Source: Thermovirgaceae bacterium
GTDB taxonomy: Bacteria > Synergistota > Synergistia > Synergistales > Thermovirgaceae
Direction: 5' to 3'
DNA length: 24,749 nt
NCBI GenBank assembly: GCA_040767805.1
Contig: JAXGNU010000015.1
Coordinates: 1 to 24,749 of the forward strand
Below the pieces are notes generated by a model, which made no database searches, had not been told where the DNA came from, and saw only the letters and a list, made by a program, of their open reading frames with translations. The translations under genes were made by a program, and so were the position numbers. Below are positions 16,973-24,749 of the stretch, one piece after another; the stretch's first letter is position 1; each line of letters begins with the position of its first letter.

Positions 16973-18031
16973 GTGGGAAAGAAAAAGTTGGTAGCACTGG
17001 TCAGCGTGGTGGCCCTAGTCATGGGTCTTCTCGCCGTCGCCGGCCCTTCAGCGGCCGCTGACAAGGTCTTCAACTGGAAGTTCCAGAGCCACCACACCGC
17101 CGGGTCACTCGCGGTCGAGAGGGTCATCAAGCCCTTCATCGAAAGGGTGGAGAAGATGTCCGGCGGCAGGCTGAAGATAAGCCTGCACTACGCCGGGGAA
17201 CTGGTCGATTACGCCGAGGTGGACAAGGCCCTGCAGGATAACATGATCCAGATCTCCAACACCAGCACCCTGTTCTTCCGGGGGTCCATCCCCATGGGCT
17301 GGGTCTCGGCGCCCAACATGCCGCCCTTCATCACCAGGACCAACGACGAGTTCAACGAACTCTTCCATCACCGCGGGGTCGACCGGCTGGTGAACGAGGC
17401 CCTTGAAGAGAGGGGCATTAAGTACTTCGGCAGCCACAGCGTGGGCAACACCTTCTTCTGGAGCAAAAAACCCATCCGGAACCTGGACGACCTGAAGGGG
17501 TTCAAAGTGAGGTTCTTCGGCTCCATGTCGGACTTCGTGGAGCACTTCGGGGCCGCCCCGGTCATGCTCCCGCACCCCGAGACCTACATGGCGATAGCCA
17601 CGGGGACCCTCGACGGCAGCGGTACGGCGTGGTGGCTATACCGGGACCTCAAGCTCTACGAGGTGTGCCCCTACTTCATAGGCCCTGCCATGCAGGTACC
17701 CCAGGGGATGGAACTCTGGGCCTCCAAAAAGGCCTGGGATGAACTACCCGAGGACATCCAGGCCATGGTCGAGACGGCCGCCCATGTTTTCAACCAGGAC
17801 TACATGGATGCCGTCACCATTGAGGAGCGGGAGATGTTCAACAAGTCCTTCCCCGAGTGGGGCACGACCTACATTGAATTCAGCGATGCCGACGTGAAGA
17901 GGATAATCAATGAATTCTCCCTGCCTTACCTTGACAAGGTGGCGGCGGAACAGGGGCCGAAGGATCCCAGGGTTGCCGAAGCCGTCGAGATAATCAAGCA
18001 GTTCATGAAGGATTACGGTTACATCGATTGA
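16973..18031 (+). CDS. dctP: TRAP transporter substrate-binding protein (copy 1)
   Basis: Signal peptide, SGGRLKI, DLKGFKVR, YMAIATGTLDG; GTG 16973 has the best spacing to AGGAG (ATG 16964 is an alternative). Confidence 0.92.
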   Translation: MGKKKLVALVSVVALVMGLLAVAGPSAAADKVFNWKFQSHHTAGSLAVERVIKPFIERVEKMSGGRLKISLHYAGELVDYAEVDKALQDNMIQISNTSTLFFRGSIPMGWVSAPNMPPFITRTNDEFNELFHHRGVDRLVNEALEERGIKYFGSHSVGNTFFWSKKPIRNLDDLKGFKVRFFGSMSDFVEHFGAAPVMLPHPETYMAIATGTLDGSGTAWWLYRDLKLYEVCPYFIGPAMQVPQGMELWASKKAWDELPEDIQAMVETAAHVFNQDYMDAVTIEEREMFNKSFPEWGTTYIEFSDADVKRIINEFSLPYLDKVAAEQGPKDPRVAEAVEIIKQFMKDYGYID

Positions 18032-18052
18032 AATAAGGACCCTGCTTGAGCA

Positions 18053-18087
18053 CCCCCTTCTCCAACAGGGGAGGGGGGTTCTTTTTT
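18053..18087 (+). terminator. Intrinsic terminator-like hairpin between dctP and dctQ
   Basis: CCCCCTTCTCC-AACA-GGGGAGGGGG followed by TTCTTTTTT. Confidence 0.7.
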
Positions 18088-18119
18088 ACAGTCCCTCGGA
18101 AACCGAGACTTACAATGGG

Positions 18120-18674
18120 GTGAAGCGATTGAATATCCTGACCGGTTTCATCACTACCGTTGAGAGGTTCAACGACCGGATGGGCAAGTTGGTGGCCTTT
18201 CTCGTCTACCCGACGATGCTCGTCCTGGTTTACGAGGTGATAATGAGGTACGCCTTCGGCAGGCCCACCATCTGGGCCCACGAGACTTCCTGCATGCTCT
18301 ACGGGGCCCACTTCATCCTGGGAGGGGCCTACGCCCTGCGGCACAACGCCTTCGTCAACGTGGAGGTCTTCTACATACAATTTCCCAAGCGCATGAAGGC
18401 CATCGTCGACCTCTTCACCTGGACCATGTTCTACGCCTTCGTGGGGGTCATGCTCTGGAAGAGCCTCCCCTGGGCCTGGGAGAGCCTGAAGGTGAACGAG
18501 TTCAGCGACAGCACCTGGGGTCCCCTCGTCTGGCCGATTAAGTGGACCATACCCATCGCCGCCGTCTTCATGCTGCTCCAGGGGATGACCAAGACGATCA
18601 AGGATCTGCACCTCGCCCTTACGGGGCGGGAGATCATCGCCGCGGCCGACGCGGAAGCCACGGGCGGGAATTGA
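18120..18674 (+). CDS. dctQ: TRAP transporter small permease (copy 1)
   Basis: 184 aa, about four hydrophobic segments, YEVIMRYAF.RPTIWAHE. Confidence 0.92.
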   Translation: MKRLNILTGFITTVERFNDRMGKLVAFLVYPTMLVLVYEVIMRYAFGRPTIWAHETSCMLYGAHFILGGAYALRHNAFVNVEVFYIQFPKRMKAIVDLFTWTMFYAFVGVMLWKSLPWAWESLKVNEFSDSTWGPLVWPIKWTIPIAAVFMLLQGMTKTIKDLHLALTGREIIAAADAEATGGN

Positions 18675-18683
18675 GGTGGGACC

Positions 18684-19997
18684 ATGAGTATCGGGATGAT
18701 CTCCATCCTTCTTTTCGGCGGCATGTTCCTCCTGTTGGCCCTGGGGCTTCCCGTCGCCTTTGTCCTGGGCGGCCTCGCTACGGTCTTCACCGCCGTCTTC
18801 TGGGGCCCCGAGTCGCTCTTCATTATCGTGGCCAGGACCTTTTCCATGATGTCCACCACAACGCTGGTGGCGGCACCCCTTTTCGTGCTGATGGCGACGG
18901 TGCTGGAGCGGTCGGGCGTGGCGGAGGGCCTCTACGAGATGATGTACCGCTGGTCCGGTGGGCTCAGGGGAGGTTTGGCCGTGGGCACCGTGCTGGCCTG
19001 CACACTGATCGCCGCCATGTCGGGCATAGCCTCTACGGGTGTCGTGGTAATGGGCGTCATGGCCCTTCCCGCCATGTTGAAGCGGGGTTACGACAAGAGG
19101 CTGGCCACGGGCTGCATCCTGGCCGGCGGCGTCCTGGGGCCCCTCATCCCGCCGAGCATCTCCCTGGTTCTTTACGGCACCATCGCCCAGGTCTCCATAG
19201 GCGGCCTTTTCGCCGGCGGTATGGGAGCGGGGATCCTCTGTTCCATCCTGATAATCGGCTACATTTTGATCAGGTGCTATATCAACCCGGAACTCGGCCC
19301 GGCCATCCCCCTCGAAGAGAGGGCCGACTGGAAGGGCAAGGTCGCCTCCCTCAAGGGCGTGGTCCTTCCCCTGCTTTTGATCATCGCCGTCCTGGGTTCC
19401 ATCTACTCCGGGATCGCCACGCCGACCGAGGCAGCGGCGGTGGGGGCCTTGGGCGCCTTCGTCTGCAGCGCCATTCACAGGCGGCTGAACTGGGAACTGA
19501 TAAAAAGCGTGGCGTACACCACCATCCAGGTCCAGGGTTTCATGATGTGGATACTCTTCGCCGCCCAGGGCTTCGCCGCCGTCTACATGGGCCTGGGGGC
19601 TTCCAGGATGGTCATCAAGCTGGTGGAGACCTACGAGATCGGGTGGTGGACGATGCTGATAGGGATACAGGTCGTCTGGTTCCTCCTGGGCTGCGTCATC
19701 GACGCCTGGAGCATCCTGATGATAACCTTGCCCATCCTGCTCCCCATCCTTCCCCTTTACGGTTTCGACCCCCTGTGGCTGGGCGTGCTCTACGCCGTCA
19801 ACACCCAGACGGGCTACCTGACGCCGCCCTTCGGGACGATGCTGTTCCTGATAAAGGGGATAGCGCCCAAGGAAGTGACCATGAACGACATCTACCGCTC
19901 TATCGTCCCCTTCGTGGCGACCCAGCTGGTCTGCCTGGCCTTGTGCATCATCTTCCCAAAGATCGTCACCTGGCTTCCGAACCTTCTTTTCAACTAG
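18684..19997 (+). CDS. dctM: TRAP transporter large permease (copy 1)
   Basis: 437 aa polytopic membrane protein; GLPVAF, LGPLIPPS, ATPTEAAAVG, TPPFG. Confidence 0.95.
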   Translation: MSIGMISILLFGGMFLLLALGLPVAFVLGGLATVFTAVFWGPESLFIIVARTFSMMSTTTLVAAPLFVLMATVLERSGVAEGLYEMMYRWSGGLRGGLAVGTVLACTLIAAMSGIASTGVVVMGVMALPAMLKRGYDKRLATGCILAGGVLGPLIPPSISLVLYGTIAQVSIGGLFAGGMGAGILCSILIIGYILIRCYINPELGPAIPLEERADWKGKVASLKGVVLPLLLIIAVLGSIYSGIATPTEAAAVGALGAFVCSAIHRRLNWELIKSVAYTTIQVQGFMMWILFAAQGFAAVYMGLGASRMVIKLVETYEIGWWTMLIGIQVVWFLLGCVIDAWSILMITLPILLPILPLYGFDPLWLGVLYAVNTQTGYLTPPFGTMLFLIKGIAPKEVTMNDIYRSIVPFVATQLVCLALCIIFPKIVTWLPNLLFN

Positions 19998-19998
19998 C

Positions 19999-20032
19999 AA
20001 AAGGGGCCTGCCTCTCGGCAGGCCCCCTTTTT
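19999..20032. terminator. Bidirectional intrinsic terminator between the convergent TRAP operons
   Basis: AAAA-GGGGCCTGCC-TCTC-GGCAGGCCCC-CTTTTT. Confidence 0.85.
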
Positions 20033-20035
20033 ATA

Positions 20036-20159
20036 GGTGTCAGACCTATTTTTTATAGGTGTCAGACCTACACTTTTGACTTCCTAAGGCCTCATGGTCT
20101 TACGGATGCCTTATACAGCCGGGTTTTTTGCATTTAGTCAAAAGTGTAGACCTGACCCC
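20036..20159. repeat. Repeat cluster 4: partial B(+) 20036-20048, B(+) 20058-20081, A(-) 20136-20159
   Basis: Direct reading; inverted B/A pair with a 54-bp spacer; 21-bp duplication at 20028-20048 and 20050-20070. Confidence 0.95.
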
Positions 20160-20165
20160 GCCCCG

Positions 20166-21227
20166 TTAATCGATGTAACCGTAATCCCTCATGAACTGCT
20201 TGATGATCTCGATCCCCTTGACGACCCTCGCGTCCTTTGGGCCCACTTCGGCAGCGATTTTATCCAGGTAGGGCAGGGAGAACTCCTTGGTGATCCTGTC
20301 GACGTCTTCCTCGCTCCAATGGATGAACTTGGTGCCCCATTTCGGGAAGGACTCGCGGTACATCTCCTGCTCCTCTATCCTGTTCAGGTCGGCGAACTCC
20401 TTGGACATGACGATGGATGCCGTCTCCAATATAGCCTGGATATCGCGGGGCAGCGCATCCCAAGCCTTCTGGGAGACCAGGAGTTCCATGGCCTGCGGCA
20501 CCTGCCAGGGCGGGCCGATGTAATAGGGGCAGACTTCATAATGTTTCAAGTCGCGGTATTGCCACCAGCAGGTACCGGCTCCATCCAGGGTCCCCGTCGA
20601 TATGGCCATGTAGACCTCGGGGTGGGGCAGCATGATGGGGGAGGCACCAAAGTGTTCCATGGCGTCCGACATGGCGCCGAAGAACCTGACTTTGAATCCC
20701 TTCAGGTCCTCCAGCGAGTTGATGGGCTTCTTGCTCCAGAAATACGTATCGCCCACGTTGTGGCTCCCGAGGAAGTGAATCCCATGCTCCGCCCAGGCCT
20801 CTCTCATGAGGTCGTCAAGGCCCCTGTGGTGGTAGAGTTCGTTGAATTCGGCGTCGGAACGGGTTATGAAGGGAGGAAGGTTCCCAGCCGTGATCCACCC
20901 TACGGGGACGGAGCCTCTCCAGAACAGGGCACCCGTATTGGCGATCTGGATCATGTTTGCCTGAAGAGCCGGGAAAACCTCCGTGTATTCCACCAATTCC
21001 CCCGCGTAATGCAGGGTGATCTTGAGCCTTCCGCCGGTCATCTCCTCGACCCTTTTGATGAAGCGGGGGATGATGGTTTCGCACGGAAGCGACCCAGCGG
21101 TCTGGTGGGCCTGCCACTTCCAGTGGAACACTTCATCGGCGGCCGACGCCGGTGAAAGGTCACTGGCCGCGAATAACCCCAGGATGGCAAAAACCATCAC
21201 TGTTAAGAGCAAAGTCCTTACCTTCAC
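20166..21227 (-). CDS. dctP: TRAP transporter substrate-binding protein (copy 2)
   Basis: Signal peptide, TGGRLKI, DLKGFKVRFFG; close paralog of copy 1; AGGAGG RBS. Confidence 0.93.
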   Translation of the reverse strand: MKVRTLLLTVMVFAILGLFAASDLSPASAADEVFHWKWQAHQTAGSLPCETIIPRFIKRVEEMTGGRLKITLHYAGELVEYTEVFPALQANMIQIANTGALFWRGSVPVGWITAGNLPPFITRSDAEFNELYHHRGLDDLMREAWAEHGIHFLGSHNVGDTYFWSKKPINSLEDLKGFKVRFFGAMSDAMEHFGASPIMLPHPEVYMAISTGTLDGAGTCWWQYRDLKHYEVCPYYIGPPWQVPQAMELLVSQKAWDALPRDIQAILETASIVMSKEFADLNRIEEQEMYRESFPKWGTKFIHWSEEDVDRITKEFSLPYLDKIAAEVGPKDARVVKGIEIIKQFMRDYGYID

Positions 21228-21322
21228 AGATAACCCCTCCTTTTAAGCTGAATGAATGAAAAAACCTCTGCTTGTTTCTAAGAATCCATCACCTCTCTTC
21301 TCTATATCGATCAGGGCCCCCG

Positions 21323-22636
21323 TCAATCGAAAAGCAGCCTGGGGAGCCAGGTTATGACCGCGGGGAAGACTATGCACAGGGCCAGGCAGACCAGCTGGGT
21401 GATCACAAAGGGGGTGATGGAATTATAAATATCCCTCATTGTGACCGACTTGGGGGCTATGCCTTTCATCATGAACAGCATGGCTCCGAAGGGCGGCGTC
21501 AGGTAGCCCGTCTGGGTGTTGACGGCGTACAGTACGCCCAGCCACACGGGGTCAAAACCGTAGATGGGGATCAGGGGCATCAGGATGGGCAGGGTTATCA
21601 TCAGGATGCTCCAGGCGTCGATGACGCATCCCAGGAGGAACCAGACGACCTGGATGGATATGAGCATGGTCCACCAGCCGATCTCGTAGGTCTCGACGAG
21701 CCTCGTCACCAGGGTGGCGGCACCCAGCCCCATGTAGACCGAAGCGAAAGCCTGGGCCGAAAACAGTATCCACATGATGAAGCCCTGTACCTGGATGGTC
21801 GACTTGGCCACATCGGAAATTAGTTTCCAATTGAGCCTGCGGTGGATGGCGCTGCAGATGAAGGCGCCCAAGGCCCCCACCGCCGCCGCCTCGGTCGGCG
21901 TGGCGATACCGCTGTAGATCGATCCCAGGACGGCTCCGATGAGGAGGAGCGGCAGGATCACTCCCTTGAGAGAGGCCACCTTGGCCTTCAGGTCAAATCT
22001 TTCCTCCGGCGGGATAGGGGGGCCCAGTTCGGGGTTTATATAGCATCGGATCAGGATATAGGCGATTATCAGGAAGGAACAGAGGATCCCCGCTCCCATA
22101 CCGCCGGCGAAGAGAGCTCCTATCGAAACCTTGGCGATGGTGCCGTAAAGTACCAGGGAGATGCTCGGAGGGATGAGGGGCCCCAGGACACCGCCTGCCA
22201 GGATGCAGCCCGTGGCCAGTCTCTTGTCGTAACCGCGTTTGAGCATCGCGGGGAGGGCCATGACGCCCATCATGACCACGCCAGTCGAGGCTATTCCCGA
22301 CATGGCGGCGATAATCGTGCAGGCCAGGACGGTCCCCACCGCCAGTCCTCCCTTGATGGAACCTATCCATCGGTACATGACCTCGAAGAGGTCCTCGGCC
22401 ACACCGGACCGTTCCAGGACCGTGGCCATCAGGACGAAAAGGGGAGCGGCCACCAGGGTCGTGGTCTGCATCATGGCAAAGGTCCTGGCCACGACGATGA
22501 AAAGGGATTCGGGTCCCCAGAAAACGGCGGTGAATAACGTAGCCAGGCCGCCGAGCACGAAGGCCACCGGGAGGCCCAGTGACAGCAGGAAGAACATGCC
22601 ACCAAACAGAAGGATCGAAATAAACCCTATGTCCAT
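21323..22636 (-). CDS. dctM: TRAP transporter large permease (copy 2)
   Basis: 437 aa, same motifs as copy 1. Confidence 0.95.
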   Translation of the reverse strand: MDIGFISILLFGGMFFLLSLGLPVAFVLGGLATLFTAVFWGPESLFIVVARTFAMMQTTTLVAAPLFVLMATVLERSGVAEDLFEVMYRWIGSIKGGLAVGTVLACTIIAAMSGIASTGVVMMGVMALPAMLKRGYDKRLATGCILAGGVLGPLIPPSISLVLYGTIAKVSIGALFAGGMGAGILCSFLIIAYILIRCYINPELGPPIPPEERFDLKAKVASLKGVILPLLLIGAVLGSIYSGIATPTEAAAVGALGAFICSAIHRRLNWKLISDVAKSTIQVQGFIMWILFSAQAFASVYMGLGAATLVTRLVETYEIGWWTMLISIQVVWFLLGCVIDAWSILMITLPILMPLIPIYGFDPVWLGVLYAVNTQTGYLTPPFGAMLFMMKGIAPKSVTMRDIYNSITPFVITQLVCLALCIVFPAVITWLPRLLFD

Positions 22637-22645
22637 GGGATCAAC

Positions 22646-23200
22646 TCAATTGTCGGGCCCGGAACTGTCCCCGGCCGCCGTGATCAGCTCTCGCCCCGTT
22701 AAAGCGAGGTGAAGATCCTTGATGGTCTTGGTCATCCCTTGCAGCAACATCAGGAAGGCCGCCAGCGGCACGGTCAGTTTGATGGGCCAGAGGGGAGGGC
22801 CCCAAACGCTTTCAGAGTATTCACCTACCCTGAGACTCGCATAGGCCCAGGGAATACTCTTCCAAAGCAGGGTCCCCACGAAGGCATAGAACATGGTCCA
22901 GGTGAAAAGATCCACGATGGCCTTGACCCGGGGCCTGAAAGACTGGTAAAAGACTTCAACATTTACAAAAGCGTCCTTCCCGAGGGCGTAGGCGCCTCCC
23001 AGGAGGAAGTGAGCCCCGTAGAGCATGCAGGATGTTTCATGGGCCCATATGGTGGGACGATGGAAGGCGTAACGCATCACCACTTCGTAGACCAGGACGA
23101 ACATTATCGGGTATACGAGGTAGCCCACCACCCTGCCCACCCAATCGTTCAGCTTATTGACGCCATCGATGAAGGAGACCAGGAATTCCAAAAGCATCAC
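22646..23200 (-). CDS. dctQ: TRAP transporter small permease (copy 2)
   Basis: 184 aa, YEVVMRYAFHRPTIWAHE. Confidence 0.92.
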   Translation of the reverse strand: MMLLEFLVSFIDGVNKLNDWVGRVVGYLVYPIMFVLVYEVVMRYAFHRPTIWAHETSCMLYGAHFLLGGAYALGKDAFVNVEVFYQSFRPRVKAIVDLFTWTMFYAFVGTLLWKSIPWAYASLRVGEYSESVWGPPLWPIKLTVPLAAFLMLLQGMTKTIKDLHLALTGRELITAAGDSSGPDN

Positions 23201-23260
23201 CCCTTTAAGCGCTCAATTCATGGAAATCCCAGCGTCCCGGGACCCATGGGGCGGACGAAG

Positions 23261-24463
23261 CTATTTCAAATACTCAAGGGCAAGAGCGATGTAGAATTTT
23301 GTCGAATCGATGACGCTAGATACCTCGACGTACTCGTCGAGCTTGTGATTCCTCGTCGAGTCTCCGGGACCGTAAATCACCAGCGGCAGGTCGGGGTTGA
23401 CTTCCCTGAAGGGGACCGCGTCGGTTCCGTAGGTAACGCCCTTTATCGCCGGCTGCCTGTTGAAGACCCCTTTGTAGGACTCGATGGCGCTCTGAATGAA
23501 GGGGTGATCGAGTTCCGTACTTATCGAGGTCAGGTTCAACTCCACCTTTATTGAGATATCGACCGTGCTGTCTTCTTTCTTGACCTCGGCTAGAATCCCC
23601 TCAATCTGGGCCAGGAGTTCGGAATGGGGGTTCCCGGGGATGGTCCTTATATCCACTACGGCTTCGCAGTGGTCGGGGATGATATTGGTGAGTTCACCGG
23701 CGTGCATCCCGGTCAGGTTCAAGGTCGGCGGGGTGAGCAGTTTGCTTTCGTTGACCATGAATTTGAATTTTTTCTGGAGCCTTTCCGTAAACTTGATCAT
23801 ATTCGTCAGGGCGTTCACGCCCTCCTCAGGCAGGCCTCCGTGGGCCCTTTTGCCCTTGGAGATGAACCGGAGCCAGAGGGCGCCCTTCTGGGCGATATAA
23901 ATATCTCCAACGCTCGCCTCACTGATGGCGAGGGCGTCGATCTTTTCCGCGCCATACTTTTCAACGAAGGCCCTTGCGCCGACCAGGCCCGTTTCTTCAC
24001 CGGCCGTCCCAAGGAAAGCCAGGGTGCCCTTGAGTGGAACGCCCGCCCTTTTCAGAATGCACATGGCCATGATCATGGCGGCGTCCCCGGCTTTCATATC
24101 GCTCGTCCCGCGGCCGTACATCAGGTCGCCTTCGATCTCCGCACCGAAGGGGTCATGGACCCACCCTTCCCCGGCGGGGACTACATCGAAATGCCCACTG
24201 TAAAGAAGTACAGGCCCCTGGGAGGTATCGCCCATTTTCGCGTAAAGGTTGGCCCTGTTGAGTTCCTCGCGGTCGACGTCCATCACCTCGGACGATATCC
24301 CGCTTTCCGCAAGCTTCCTGGACGCCAGCAGTGCCGCGTTCTTTTCATTTCCCGGAGGGTTCACGCTGTCCACCTTGATAAGTTCCGAGAGGAACTCTAC
24401 CACCTCTTTTTCATCAAGGTGCTCCAGGCATTTCTGATACTCCTCATTCCGCGTCAAACTCAT
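23261..24463 (-). CDS. M20A ArgE/DapE family deacylase
   Basis: SVNPPGNE, SGHFDVVP, GRGTSDMKAG, GEE, YGTDA, YGPG...HKLDEY; AGGAGG RBS. Confidence 0.92.
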   Translation of the reverse strand: MSLTRNEEYQKCLEHLDEKEVVEFLSELIKVDSVNPPGNEKNAALLASRKLAESGISSEVMDVDREELNRANLYAKMGDTSQGPVLLYSGHFDVVPAGEGWVHDPFGAEIEGDLMYGRGTSDMKAGDAAMIMAMCILKRAGVPLKGTLAFLGTAGEETGLVGARAFVEKYGAEKIDALAISEASVGDIYIAQKGALWLRFISKGKRAHGGLPEEGVNALTNMIKFTERLQKKFKFMVNESKLLTPPTLNLTGMHAGELTNIIPDHCEAVVDIRTIPGNPHSELLAQIEGILAEVKKEDSTVDISIKVELNLTSISTELDHPFIQSAIESYKGVFNRQPAIKGVTYGTDAVPFREVNPDLPLVIYGPGDSTRNHKLDEYVEVSSVIDSTKFYIALALEYLK

Positions 24464-24656
24464 TTCGTACCCTCCTCTTGTTATTTATTACCCGGTTACA
24501 TCTGGCCCTCTTTCCCGGAGGATCCGGATTGAGAAATAGATCAAGGTAGGGATGGCCACCTCCTCTCCCTTGAATGGCTCCGGGTCAGCGAGGGTCAATA
24601 AATCGAAATTAAAAAAGAGGGGTTTTTATTGCCTCTTTGAGAGTATATTGCCCGGG

Positions 24657-24686
24657 AATATAGCATTGGCCGGGGTGGGGTGTCAA
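24657..24686 (-). promoter_or_regulatory. Putative sigma70 promoter of the M20-TRAP operon 2
   Basis: TTGACA-18 bp-TATATT with an extended TG, on the minus strand. Confidence 0.6.
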
Positions 24687-24717
24687 TATACACGAAATTA
24701 AATTGTGGCCGGCCAGC

Positions 24718-24749
24718 AAAAAAGGCCTGCTTTCAGCAGGCCTTTTCTT
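24718..24749. terminator. Intrinsic terminator, probably of a gene beyond the window
   Basis: AAAAAAGGCCTGCT-TTC-AGCAGGCCTTTT. Confidence 0.8.

Noticed and set aside
18003..20000. Long antisense or alternative-frame ORFs (also 24-1196, 3332-4513, 18542-20137, 20094-21155)
   Set aside because: Shadows of well-supported genes in high-GC DNA, with no recognisable motifs.
5732..20159. Classical integron attC sites
   Set aside because: No RYYYAAC/GTTRRRY cores, no integrase, and the flanked units are multi-gene operons on both strands.

Overview
High-GC bacterial window dominated by amino-acid metabolism; the gene set suggests an anaerobic amino-acid fermenter, possibly Synergistota (inference only). 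In order: tautomerase and cysteine-synthase-family genes (-); YgeY-like M20 hydrolase, csaA-like gene, PLP decarboxylase and methionine gamma-lyase (+); a leuACDB operon (-) with a leader-peptide attenuator missing from the ORF track; a radical SAM gene; a purC-like/ogt/alkA unit; two M20D amidohydrolases; and two closely related, convergent TRAP transporter sets, the second led by an ArgE/DapE-like peptidase. The main unexplained structure is a family of ~24-bp repeats in two fixed variants (A: GGGGTCAGGTCTACACTTTTGAC; B: GGTGTCAGACCTACACTTTTGAC). There are 10 full copies in four intergenic clusters, arranged as inverted pairs with variable spacers. Short tandem duplications occur at two B ends, two clusters share ~100 bp of homology and bracket the radical SAM gene, and no transposase is present in the window.
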